Positions 1-10,245 of a DNA stretch of 64,000 nt are shown one piece after another. The DNA comes from Histomonas meleagridis 2922-C6/04-290x (lineage: Eukaryota > Protista > Parabasalia). The notes beneath the pieces are model-generated. The model saw nothing but the letters and a program-made list of their open reading frames with translations, was not told where the DNA came from and did not search any database. The position numbers were made by a program, and so were the translations under genes. The stretch spans positions 310,001 through 374,000 of the forward strand of contig JAANOX010000271.1 in NCBI GenBank assembly GCA_020184695.1, given 5' to 3'. How positions within the stretch are numbered: the first letter of the stretch is position 1; each line of letters starts with the position of its first letter.

Positions 1-72
1 TAATAATAATCCCAATGTGACTTTTTAATAAACTATTCAAATCAAATTAATCTTAAACGTCCGTTTTGAAGA

Positions 73-684
73 ATGGAAGTTGACTTTAAATCACAATTAT
101 TCCCAGGATTTCCATTATATATTATTTGGCTTGTTTTTCTATTTGCGCCAGTAGAATTTAATTTTGGATTTTTAATAATTTCAATTATTAATATGATACT
201 ATTTTTCACCAAATACAAAAAAAGACAACTTTTCTATTCAAGTCCTATTAACACAAAAAGAGTAATTATACAAAAGAAAGAAGCTGTAATTGATTCATCA
301 ATGAATTGGAAGAATCGATTTAAAAATTTCTTTTCCAAAAATTCATCACAAAACAAAAAAATCAATTACAAAGAACTAATGCAGTGGGATATTGATAGTA
401 CGCATCAAAGCATTTTTATTTTTCTATCTCCTGTTTCAGTTGTTTTTAGTTTTTTATCAAATTCCTTCTTTTTAACTTTACTCTTTTCAATAATATTTTC
501 TTTATTTATGTTTATTCTTATGCGTAAAATAAATACAGCAATAGAACACCAAAAAATATTATCACGAGAAATATATAAGGAACATAACCAAGCGCTCCAA
601 ACGCAACTAAAACAATATGGGCCAATTGATATTCAAAATAAATTAGCAAAAAGAAAAATATATGAAATCAATAATAGCAAATGA
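73..684 (+). CDS. Hypothetical membrane protein (about 4 hydrophobic segments); the frame stays open for 41 more codons after the TGA
   Basis: 203-aa ORF with two hydrophobic pairs; no family recognised. Confidence 0.6.
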   Translation: MEVDFKSQLFPGFPLYIIWLVFLFAPVEFNFGFLIISIINMILFFTKYKKRQLFYSSPINTKRVIIQKKEAVIDSSMNWKNRFKNFFSKNSSQNKKINYKELMQWDIDSTHQSIFIFLSPVSVVFSFLSNSFFLTLLFSIIFSLFMFILMRKINTAIEHQKILSREIYKEHNQALQTQLKQYGPIDIQNKLAKRKIYEINNSK

Positions 685-909
685 TTACCATCATGTAAAA
701 TTGAAAAACTCATGTTATTTAAAAAATTGATGCAAATAAATGAAAATACAAGAAATAATCAGCTCAAGATTTTAAATTTAACCAAAATTGAGCCAAACGG
801 TATTGAATAATTTCAGTGAATTCTATAATCATTCAATTTGCTTTTTTCGTGCTAATTCATATTGAATATCCGATAAATTTGAATTCGTAAACTCGTCTTA
901 ACATTAACT

Positions 910-915
910 TCACTT
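910..915 (+). promoter_or_regulatory. Parabasalid initiator (Inr) element TCACTT
   Basis: TCACTT ends 2 nt before the ATG at 918, matching the trichomonad Inr TCA(+1)YT/A. Confidence 0.65.
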
Positions 916-917
916 AA

Positions 918-1940
918 ATGGAAATCAAGCAAGAAGTCACGCTTCCAACAAGGATGCTCCGTGATCTTAAAGTTTCAGCCATTGGTTATGGTTCAATGGG
1001 TTTATCTCATGGCTATGGTGATCCAACTCCACACGATCAAGCAATTCATTTAATTCATGAAGCATATAGACAAGGCTGTACGTTTTTCGACACAGCAGAA
1101 GTTTATGCAATGGGTGAAAATGAAAAAATTGTTGGCGAAGCTTTAGAACCCATACGTGACAAAGTTGTTCTTTCATCAAAGTTCATGTTTTTTGGGCCAA
1201 TTGAAGAACCAGGACGTGAAGGAGTTCTTAAAGAGATCACTAAGCATCTTGATGCATCTCTAAAACGCCTTCGTACCACATGGCTCGATCTATATTATTG
1301 GCATCGTCCTACACATGCAAGTGTTGAAGATGTTGCTTGGGCTATGGGTGAAATTATCAAGACAGGAAAAGTCCGATGTTGGGGAATGTCTCAAGTAGAT
1401 GCTGATCAAATCCGACGTGCCCATGCTATTACTCCACTTACTGCTATTCAATGTGAATTTTCAATTATGGAGCGAATGTATGAAAAAGAAGTTATTCCAA
1501 CATGTAAAGAATTACGAATTGGATTTGTTCCATTTTCACCATTAGCCTCAGGATTCCTTAGTGGAAAGTACACTGCCGAAACTAAGTACACAGGTGATGA
1601 TGTTCGACGTGTCATTACTCGTTTCTCACAAGAAAACATTCAAAAGAATCAAGAATTACTTAATTACATCAAAGAAGTTGCAGCATCTAAACATGTAACA
1701 CCTGCGCAAATATCTTTAGCTTGGATTATGTGCAAAGGCGATTTCGTGGTTTCAATACCTGGAATGCGAACTGATGAACGTATCAAAGAAAACTTCGGCG
1801 CATCATTTGTCACATTAACGAAAGAAGAATATGAAAGCATCGAAGAAAGACTCAAAACAATTCCAATCAGCGGTAACCGCACAGATGCCGACATTGCTAA
1901 GCTTGCAGATGTAAAACTTGGCGATGCAAACCGAGAATAA
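918..1940 (+). CDS. Aldo-keto reductase, bacterial-type (AKR13-like)
   Basis: VSAIGYGSMGLS, FFDTAEVY (catalytic D/Y), SSKF, DLYYWHR, QCEFSI, PFSPLASGFL, SIPG..IKEN motifs. Confidence 0.93.
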   Translation: MEIKQEVTLPTRMLRDLKVSAIGYGSMGLSHGYGDPTPHDQAIHLIHEAYRQGCTFFDTAEVYAMGENEKIVGEALEPIRDKVVLSSKFMFFGPIEEPGREGVLKEITKHLDASLKRLRTTWLDLYYWHRPTHASVEDVAWAMGEIIKTGKVRCWGMSQVDADQIRRAHAITPLTAIQCEFSIMERMYEKEVIPTCKELRIGFVPFSPLASGFLSGKYTAETKYTGDDVRRVITRFSQENIQKNQELLNYIKEVAASKHVTPAQISLAWIMCKGDFVVSIPGMRTDERIKENFGASFVTLTKEEYESIEERLKTIPISGNRTDADIAKLADVKLGDANRE

Positions 1941-2625
1941 AAACAACTCGAAACCAATTTTTATAGTTAAATTTGTGTCACTATTTCATCACTTGAATCC
2001 AATTTCTTTTCTTTCTATGATCTCTAAATGTAAAACAGTAAATTCAAATCGATAATAAGACAACTCGTAACCATTTTTTATAGTTAAATTTGTGTCACTA
2101 TTTCATCACTTGAATCCAATTTCTTTTCTTTCTTTTCTCTCCAAATGTAAAACAGAAAATTCGAATCGATAATAAGACAACTCATAACCTATTTTTATTA
2201 TTAAATTTGTGTTACTGCTTTGTTACTTGAATCCAATTTATTTCCTTTCTCTAAAAGTAAAACAGAAAATTCGAATCGACAATGAAACAGCTCTAAACCA
2301 ATTTTTATTATTAAATTTGTGTTACTATTTAATCACTTGAATCCAATTTCTTTTTCCCCCTTTGCTCCCTATATGTGAATCTTGTAAATGCAAATCAATT
2401 ATAAGACAACTCGAAACCTATTTTTATTATTAAATTTGTGTCACTATTTAATCACTTGAATCCGATTTCTTTTCTTTCTTTTCTCTCCAAATGTAAAACA
2501 GAAAATTCGAATCGACAATGAAACAACTTGAAACCACTTTTATTAATCAAATTTGCGTTGCTGCTTCGTCAATCAAAGGCGTTTGTCTTTCGTCGCTTGA
2601 GTCCGATTTGTTTTCTTTCTTTTCC
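1909..2625. repeat. Tandem array of about 117-bp degenerate units made of the AKR 3' end, the intergenic spacer and the subtilase 3' end
   Basis: Anchor CAACTC/CAGCTC/CAACTT at 1944, 2061, 2178, 2288, 2407 and 2524 (periods 117, 117, 110, 119, 117). Confidence 0.9.
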
Positions 2626-5558
2626 TTCTTCAATTTCTTCTTCAGCACGAACATATACAGCAGCGCTGCTCCGCACGCTACGAGCAGCACCACAATCAAA
2701 ATGACCACCAACGCGACTGTGTTTTTCGCATTTCCTGATTTACCAGAAGGAGAAATTCGATTCAAAATCATTTTGAATCTCATATTGATTTTCGAGTGAT
2801 ATATCAATCGAATGCTCATGTAAATTGTTATGTCATGCAAATCGCCGGAGTCAGGAATTGGGATATCGACAGATGTTGTCAAAGATGGAACTTGTAATGG
2901 GACACCGCATACTACGTAATAATCAGACAAAGATTTAAATGGCTTATCAAGTGACAAACAAATTTGAAATGTACCATTAACATTTTCTTCTGATACAAAT
3001 TCAGTGCTAATTATTGGTACATATTGATCATAATCATCATCTAACTCAACTTTTAATAAGTTTAACATGTTCGGATTTGCAGTGAATTGTATTTCTTTAT
3101 CCGGTTTAATTGACTTGAATTCTGATTGACAATTAACACCGAAGTAATCATCTTTACATTTACATTTACCATTTTCACATTCGCCTTCATTTAAACATTC
3201 GAATTCACATTTTTCATCATTAATAACTTTCGGTAAAATTATTGGATTATTATTATAATCGGAATGATTAAAACAACCATTAATAACTAACGAATAAAAG
3301 ACTGATCCTAATAAAGAAGTTTCGAATTTATTCGATTGGACAATAATTATATATTCTCCAATTTCGACTTCTTCTTTCGGAATTATTATTCGTTCAATAG
3401 TATTCATTTGTTCTGTTTGATTATTCGCGATTCCATTACCAACATATAACTTCTTTGTTGGAGATATTATTAACAAATCCAAATTCGCAAACAAATATTG
3501 TGTTGATTCTTCAGAGACTGGTGGATCTAAATAAGCCATAGTAACTCTTAATGATTCGTTATTATTATTAACTTTTAATTTATATGTATGTTTATCATCA
3601 GAATTAATTTCAACATTATCAAGAACTCGTAAAGGTGCTAATAATGAATTCGATATATTTGGTATACCAAAACCTGTATAAATATTAGGGCCACTTAATT
3701 CAGAATCAATTGGTTTAGCAGAATTAATTATTATCGCTCGAAGTAATGATGATGTTGGATTTATTTTGTTTTGTAAATCTTTTTGTAAATGAGGATAATA
3801 ACCTTCTTCAAAGTATTGATGAATTAATGATGTTAAACCTGCTAATGATGGTGTAGCCATAGATGTACCACTTAATGTTAATAACGCTTCTTTTACATTT
3901 GTTGGACCTGGAACTTTTTTATCTGGTGATGAAGCACGTGAACTAACAATTTGATATCCAGGTAATGATATATCTGGTTTATAAATACCAGTATATGTTG
4001 GACCAACACTCGAGAAATACGCTCTTTCTATTTTTTGCGTATAATTATTAAGTGGATAAATTGATATGTTATTAAATGATGTAAAATTAATATCATTTAA
4101 TAAGGTAAATATTGGAATTGTAACTTTGTTACAATTATTTAGTGTTACTTCCGGAATTAGAAGTATAGCATTCGCGTTTTTATTTTCGATGTTTTTAATT
4201 ACATTACATATGTTTTCATTATTTTTTACAATTACAATTGTGTCATTATAATATTGTGTTGTTTCATTATAAATTAAAATCGAAATATTACAAAGTTTCT
4301 TCATTGGACTTGAAAGTGTAGTAACCCATGGATCATTACCATATGAATTAATATTCAAGTCATATTTTTCATTATTCGGCGTTTCTAATATCCATTTTCT
4401 GATATATTCTATTGTCGAAAGAGAAGTTGAAGTAGTAGCAGCAACTGATAATATGTTCTTACTATCAGAAGGACTACAAAGAGTAAATGTTAACTCATTA
4501 ATACCTTCATTACCTGCAGCAAATATAAGGAGTAAAGAGTTATATAAATATGAAATAGAATCAAATATTGTCGTTAATGGATTAATATATGCCGTGTAAT
4601 TAAATGGGCCTGCGTCAAAGCCCCATGAATTAGATGAAATACTGACGCCTGTCTTACTATACCCATTTAATATCTCCATGAGATCTAACGTCCCTGATAA
4701 TGTTCCACTATTATTATTATCGCCAATATCAACAAAAAATATTTTCGATTTTGGTGAAACACCATTATATAATGAAATGCCATCTTCTGGATTTAATGCT
4801 TCCCCTGATGCTATACCAGAAACATGTGTACCATGGCCATTTGCTCCATCTAAAATTTCAGCATAATTTATATAGCCAATAATTTTACGATGTGTTAACG
4901 GAAATACACCTTCAAGAACTGGATGCTCTGGATCATAAAAGAATTGATGATAATAATCAACACCAGTATCAATAATACCTATGACTTGATTTTCACCATT
5001 TAATCCAAGCTCAGAATTCAATGGACGATAGGAAACGAGGGAGCCGTTTACGATGGTGCCTGACTCAGAGCCTGTTTGGATGTATCCTGTTGAATATCGG
5101 CTCTTAAATGATGGGGGATGATATTCATCAATGGAAAGAATTCGATTATCTGAAATAAGTTTAGATTTATCACCAACAACAACATAGGTATCTGAATAGA
5201 ATTTTCGATATTTCATATTAGAATCAGTAGGTGTCCAATCGCTTGTGGATTTGATGATATATTTTCCATATTCAGAAGATTTAATTGATTTTGAATTATG
5301 TTGACAAGGTATTAGATTAATAGTCTTATCTTTAAGTATTAATGATACTTGTTTCTCAGTTAGATATAATTTATGAAGATATGGTGAAACTCTATTCGAA
5401 GTTGATAATGAAATGTTATATTTTGCTTGATAATCATTTAAAGTAACTGATGTAAGAGTAAGAAGAATTTGTAAGTAATACCAACCTGATGATACTTGAA
5501 GTATTCTTGAAGAAATATGATTTATGGGTAAAAGATGTGGTATATTATTGTACCCCAT
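2547..5558 (-). CDS. Subtilisin-like S8 serine protease with EGF-like domain and C-terminal TM anchor
   Basis: IIDTG (Asp), HGTHVSG (His), AAGN (oxyanion Asn), GTSMATP (Ser); CLNEGECENGKCKC EGF module; TM VALVVILIVVLLVACGAALLYMFVL. First ATG is at 5558 (the track start at 5561 is TTG). Confidence 0.92.
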   Translation of the reverse strand: MGYNNIPHLLPINHISSRILQVSSGWYYLQILLTLTSVTLNDYQAKYNISLSTSNRVSPYLHKLYLTEKQVSLILKDKTINLIPCQHNSKSIKSSEYGKYIIKSTSDWTPTDSNMKYRKFYSDTYVVVGDKSKLISDNRILSIDEYHPPSFKSRYSTGYIQTGSESGTIVNGSLVSYRPLNSELGLNGENQVIGIIDTGVDYYHQFFYDPEHPVLEGVFPLTHRKIIGYINYAEILDGANGHGTHVSGIASGEALNPEDGISLYNGVSPKSKIFFVDIGDNNNSGTLSGTLDLMEILNGYSKTGVSISSNSWGFDAGPFNYTAYINPLTTIFDSISYLYNSLLLIFAAGNEGINELTFTLCSPSDSKNILSVAATTSTSLSTIEYIRKWILETPNNEKYDLNINSYGNDPWVTTLSSPMKKLCNISILIYNETTQYYNDTIVIVKNNENICNVIKNIENKNANAILLIPEVTLNNCNKVTIPIFTLLNDINFTSFNNISIYPLNNYTQKIERAYFSSVGPTYTGIYKPDISLPGYQIVSSRASSPDKKVPGPTNVKEALLTLSGTSMATPSLAGLTSLIHQYFEEGYYPHLQKDLQNKINPTSSLLRAIIINSAKPIDSELSGPNIYTGFGIPNISNSLLAPLRVLDNVEINSDDKHTYKLKVNNNNESLRVTMAYLDPPVSEESTQYLFANLDLLIISPTKKLYVGNGIANNQTEQMNTIERIIIPKEEVEIGEYIIIVQSNKFETSLLGSVFYSLVINGCFNHSDYNNNPIILPKVINDEKCEFECLNEGECENGKCKCKDDYFGVNCQSEFKSIKPDKEIQFTANPNMLNLLKVELDDDYDQYVPIISTEFVSEENVNGTFQICLSLDKPFKSLSDYYVVCGVPLQVPSLTTSVDIPIPDSGDLHDITIYMSIRLIYHSKINMRFKMILNRISPSGKSGNAKNTVALVVILIVVLLVACGAALLYMFVLKKKLKKEKKENKSDSSDERQTPLIDEAATQI

Positions 5559-5624
5559 CAAACGTTATAGGTTTTGATAAGTTTACATAATACAGCGTCG
5601 AAACGAAATGTCATATGAAATCTA

Positions 5625-7742
5625 ATGGAAGAAAAAAGTTCATATGAGATACTTAAAAACTTATATTCTTTTGATACTGATAGGTTATCACAAGTATACA
5701 TAGACGAAGGTAAAGAAACATTTCATAAATTGGTATCACTTGCAAAATCATCTTCACTCATTTTATTTCGAAGTTTATATCCAAATGAAACATCAGTTGT
5801 AAAAGAGCTTTTTACATTCTCTAACAATCAGGATGATGACTGGAAAGTTAAAGTTTACTTAAATAATTTATTTGAAGTTGACTCAGAACCAAGAGATAAA
5901 TCACAACAAGATATAGCTACTATTCTTCAAAATGCTTATCAAGGTTTACCTTGGATAGTAGATTATTTTGTTTTAATTACTTTTCCAAGTATTTATGGTA
6001 GTTTTTGTTCTGAAGAATATGCACAATTAGGCTATAATTACATAATGAAAAACATAAGAGATCCTCTTGCTCCTAAACTTCTTGCATCTTATTTAGCAAA
6101 TAATTTCAAATTTAGAGATAGACTTCTTGAAAATTTAATACAAAAATTCGATCAAAATACTACATTTAAATATGATTCTATTAAAAGTATGTTTCTAGAA
6201 TCAATTCGATTTTGTTTATCGTTTTTAACTCAACATCAACTTAAACTAATTTCAGAACTTAACAAAATAAACCATGCAAATTTCGTATCGGCCATTAAAT
6301 ACTTTTTAGAAATCACAGTTAAAGTATGGAATTATTCATATATATCATCAACAAATACAATAATCACTACGTTCAAAGAAAATACTGGCGAAGTAGGATT
6401 TAATAATTTATTTTCTAAATACATTTTACATTCACCAAAAGAGTCAGAAATAGAAGAAGTTGCTCGAGTCTTCTTGCAAGAGCCATTAATGTATTCGGAA
6501 CTTCCACAAATTGGTGATATAATTTTCAAAGATGGGCAATTCTTAAGTTTAACAGAACTTGACTTTCAAATTATTTTACAGTTATATACTGTGATATTAA
6601 ACAAGAAAGTTACACCACCAAATCTTTCGACTGTCCTACAAGATGCATTTTCGATCAAACGGTTTTGTCATTTTACTTCTAAACGTATTCCGCCTGAAAA
6701 GAAGGAAAAGTCCGATGAAACGTACGGCAAATTGATTGAAAAAAAGGAGATACACGACTTTTTGTATGAAACCGCCGACAATTTCCCTGAATTTGAAGAG
6801 GCCATTGAATCCGTTAAGCACATTCTCACCTTAAGATTTAGACTTTATATAAATCAAATTACAATCCCTGATAATAAAACAGCTAAGGAATATGTAATGA
6901 CTCAAATCGGATTGTTTGCATTTTCATATTTTAAGTCATTTGTTAAAGGTGACTTAGTTAAATTCATATTAGAAACTGAAAAAGCAGCAACAATTGAAGA
7001 CGCTGAACTTGAAAACCTTACGAACTTAATCAAAGGGAAGAATCCATTTTCTGATTTTTCTGTTATTCCACAAGTTACAATTGATACGATCAATAAATGG
7101 AAAACATATTACAACACGGCCAAAGGAAAGAAATACAATGACTCTGTGATACCAAAGACCATGATCTCTCAGGTTAATTTCTTCATGAATGTAATGACCG
7201 AAATATATTTTTATTTAATATTCAAGAAACTTTCGAATTATCCATTTGTTCTTATCCCAAATGATGTTGACAATCCCAAACATTACATCAAAGAATTTGT
7301 TCGTATTAAATCTAAAGTCGAACCATTATTTGATGAGTCAACGACCAAATATAACATCATTCAAGATCCGATTTTATATCCAATAGCGATATCATCGCAA
7401 AAGTTACAATCTTTGATGATATTTACTGAGCGATCTTTTGAACGTGACATTAAGCAATCACTTGTTGATAACTTCATCGGTAACAAATTAATTCTTGTTC
7501 TCGAAATAGAGGAAATGTTACCGAAAATCGATGATTATGGTGGCAAACATCGGAAATTGTTGTCATATTTGTTTGACCATAAAGAGCCGTTCTACTTTAG
7601 GTTTATGCTCATTAAGTTCTACGAAATAATTTACACGCAAAAAATGGGAATCGAGGATTCGCCGTTTGGTGCTAAAATCAAAAAGAAAATCCAAAATTTG
7701 ATGAATTGGTTCGAGTTGGATACAAAACAAATGGGAAATTGA
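5625..7742 (+). CDS. Hypothetical protein, 705 aa
   Basis: Long uninterrupted ORF divergent from the subtilase across a gap of about 65 bp; no family confidently recognised. Confidence 0.8.
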   Translation: MEEKSSYEILKNLYSFDTDRLSQVYIDEGKETFHKLVSLAKSSSLILFRSLYPNETSVVKELFTFSNNQDDDWKVKVYLNNLFEVDSEPRDKSQQDIATILQNAYQGLPWIVDYFVLITFPSIYGSFCSEEYAQLGYNYIMKNIRDPLAPKLLASYLANNFKFRDRLLENLIQKFDQNTTFKYDSIKSMFLESIRFCLSFLTQHQLKLISELNKINHANFVSAIKYFLEITVKVWNYSYISSTNTIITTFKENTGEVGFNNLFSKYILHSPKESEIEEVARVFLQEPLMYSELPQIGDIIFKDGQFLSLTELDFQIILQLYTVILNKKVTPPNLSTVLQDAFSIKRFCHFTSKRIPPEKKEKSDETYGKLIEKKEIHDFLYETADNFPEFEEAIESVKHILTLRFRLYINQITIPDNKTAKEYVMTQIGLFAFSYFKSFVKGDLVKFILETEKAATIEDAELENLTNLIKGKNPFSDFSVIPQVTIDTINKWKTYYNTAKGKKYNDSVIPKTMISQVNFFMNVMTEIYFYLIFKKLSNYPFVLIPNDVDNPKHYIKEFVRIKSKVEPLFDESTTKYNIIQDPILYPIAISSQKLQSLMIFTERSFERDIKQSLVDNFIGNKLILVLEIEEMLPKIDDYGGKHRKLLSYLFDHKEPFYFRFMLIKFYEIIYTQKMGIEDSPFGAKIKKKIQNLMNWFELDTKQMGN

Positions 7743-8549
7743 GTTCGATTTATTAACTTTTCCATGGAATTTGTCAATAAATCTATTAATTTTAATGTAA
7801 TTTGTTTTTGGAAGTGAGAACAAAAAAAAAAAAAAAATATAAATTTCTCTGTGATTTTATAAAAATCTCTTGGAATATCTCTAATTAAAGATGATGAATT
7901 GTTTTAGTTCAATCGAACAATTTCTAATCGATACATTGTTATAACATGTAATTTATAAATTTTGGTTAATTTCCTTAGGTTATCTTTATACATCAAATTA
8001 AGAAATTGATAATTATGTGAAACAATTTTACATCTTTGACATTAGGATTTGTTTCTTTTTTAGTAGGGAATATAATTTATCTATATTTATGGTCCCCTCG
8101 CTAAGTTGCAAAGTTAATTTCTTACAAAACAAATTTCTTTAGCACTAACATTAATTCCTTCTTGTTCAAAACAAGTAAATATGTTAATCAGCTTCAAAAA
8201 ATATTCAGGACTGTTTACTTGATTCCTTTTCATAAAATTATAATGTTTTACCTTAACCCCAAAATCTAGTTTAATATTGAATTTAAATGCATATATAAAA
8301 ACAAAAAATTTTATCTCTTTAGGGACACAAATAAATTTTTTGTTCTTAGGCTGGCGATAATCCTTTGAAACTTTTCTAAAAAATGAGGTCCGATGATCAT
8401 TATTTCATTTTTTTTATTTTGGCAGAATGGCCTATCTTTTCTGAAAGTTATAACTGTCGTAAATGTCGCACTTTTTGTTGGAATTGAATGTTATCGTTTC
8501 AGATTTGAATGCTTTTTAGGTTTCAATTTCAAACGTCTTTCTGGCCTAT

Positions 8550-9596
8550 ATGATGGCGAAACGTTCCATCAGCCTTGATCACTGCTTATTTACACACAGC
8601 GTAGCAATCGATACAACATATGGCGAACATAATTACATCAAAAAAATTAACCAATACAAACTCCTCACTGAAATTGGAAAAGGTTCATATTCTAAAGTTT
8701 TTCTTGCACTCAATACCGAAACATCAGAACTATATGCAGCAAAGCGGATTCGAATTCGTCAATTAGCAAAGACAGCAATTGGTGTTTCTCTTCTTCAACG
8801 AGAAATTGGAATGATGAATAAGCTTCACCATAAAAATATTGTTGGTCTTCATGAAGTAATTTTTGTCAAAGAAAATCAATCAGTTTACCTCATTATGGAT
8901 TACGCTGATTGCGGGAATTTAACCAAACATAAATTCAATTCAAACGAGATTCGTTATATATTCAGTCAAATTGTAGAAGGTGTTTCTTACTTACATAAAA
9001 ATGGAGTTGTTCACCAAGATATAAAACCACAGAATATTCTTATGCGTCATGATGGAACTCCACTCATCACCGATTTCGGAATTGGTCACTCCTTTGAAAG
9101 CTGTGCACGAGTTGTTGGCACACCAGCCTATCAAGCTCCTGAAGTGATCGATCGGTCTCCAAATGATCAAGATTATGACCCTGGCAAAGAAGACATTTGG
9201 TCACTTGGCGTTACACTGTACGTTCTTTCCTTCGAAAAACTTCCATATCAGGGTGAAAGTGTTTTCGAAATTGTTCGATCAATTATCACAACTGAACTCA
9301 CACCTCCTAAGACATGTGACCCACTTCTGTGGGACATGATAATGCATATGCTTAAGCCTGATATCCATGACAGATATAATATCGATCAAGTAAGGAAGCA
9401 TCCATATGTAACAGGTGCACAGGCAGTGCGAATACAACTTAAACCACCAATAACTCCAAATGATAACCCATTGCTACCAGTCAGGGAAATCAGTGGTGAA
9501 GTTTGTGGTGAAGGATATGTATTTGCGGTTGGAACAAGAAAACTTAAGCAGCCGCGGTCAGAATCTATAATCCCAAAGTTTTCTTCGTTTGGGTGA
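8550..9596 (+). CDS. Ser/Thr protein kinase, CAMK group (CaMKK/LKB1-like), non-RD
   Basis: IGKGSYSKV, AAK, HQDIKPQN, DFG, GTPAYQAPE, DIWSLG. Confidence 0.93.
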   Translation: MMAKRSISLDHCLFTHSVAIDTTYGEHNYIKKINQYKLLTEIGKGSYSKVFLALNTETSELYAAKRIRIRQLAKTAIGVSLLQREIGMMNKLHHKNIVGLHEVIFVKENQSVYLIMDYADCGNLTKHKFNSNEIRYIFSQIVEGVSYLHKNGVVHQDIKPQNILMRHDGTPLITDFGIGHSFESCARVVGTPAYQAPEVIDRSPNDQDYDPGKEDIWSLGVTLYVLSFEKLPYQGESVFEIVRSIITTELTPPKTCDPLLWDMIMHMLKPDIHDRYNIDQVRKHPYVTGAQAVRIQLKPPITPNDNPLLPVREISGEVCGEGYVFAVGTRKLKQPRSESIIPKFSSFG

Positions 9597-9657
9597 TGTT
9601 TGATTTGCGGTGTTTGCTGTTTGTTCATTAAAATTGATTTTGATATTTGTTTTTTAT

Positions 9658-9906
9658 TCACAAAAGAAAACAAGATTTGGATTGCGTTTTTGGTGGCTGA
9701 GATTTAGTGTTAGGAGGAGAGCTGCGAGATGTGGCAAGTGGCGTTTGTTTTGTTGGAATTGAATCAGGTTCAGAATCTGTATCTTTGAAATTATCGGAAT
9801 CTGTAGGTATCCTTAGGTTGGCCTGAACGGCAGGATCAATTTCTAGTGGCGTTGTTTTGTCTTTTCTCCACTCTTGGGATTGAGCTGAGTTCTGTTGATT
9901 TTCCAT
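9658..9906 (-). CDS. Small hydrophilic protein with C-terminal CaaX motif (CFLL)
   Basis: ATG-initiated 82-aa ORF ending KSCFLL*, with TGA followed by ATAAA; AAAAGTGA and GCGGTT promoter-like motifs upstream on the minus strand. Confidence 0.55.
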   Translation of the reverse strand: MENQQNSAQSQEWRKDKTTPLEIDPAVQANLRIPTDSDNFKDTDSEPDSIPTKQTPLATSRSSPPNTKSQPPKTQSKSCFLL

Positions 9907-10245
9907 GTTGCGGACTTGTCCTTGATAAAGTACTCAAAAGCCCCTTGAAACCATAATCAAAAAGTTACTGATTTTTTAACACAACCGCTGCACAGGAAGT
10001 GGTCATTTCACTTTTGAACAATTCAAATCCATTTTCATCAAGCAATACACCATATTCATCAAAAATAAGTATTTTTATCAAATTCAAATTTCACAAAGTA
10101 TAATATTTTTCATTGGATTGTTGTGATATTTTTATTTCTTATTAATTCAATTGAATTGCTTAAGCAATTACGTTATAATAAATTGATTTTTATATTTATA
10201 AGTACGAAAAAGAATTATTGCAAATTAAAAATCTGATTTTATTTA

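Noticed and set aside
1909-2625. CRISPR-like array
   Set aside because: Whole units are homologous with no unique spacers, no cas genes are present, and the units derive from the flanking gene ends.
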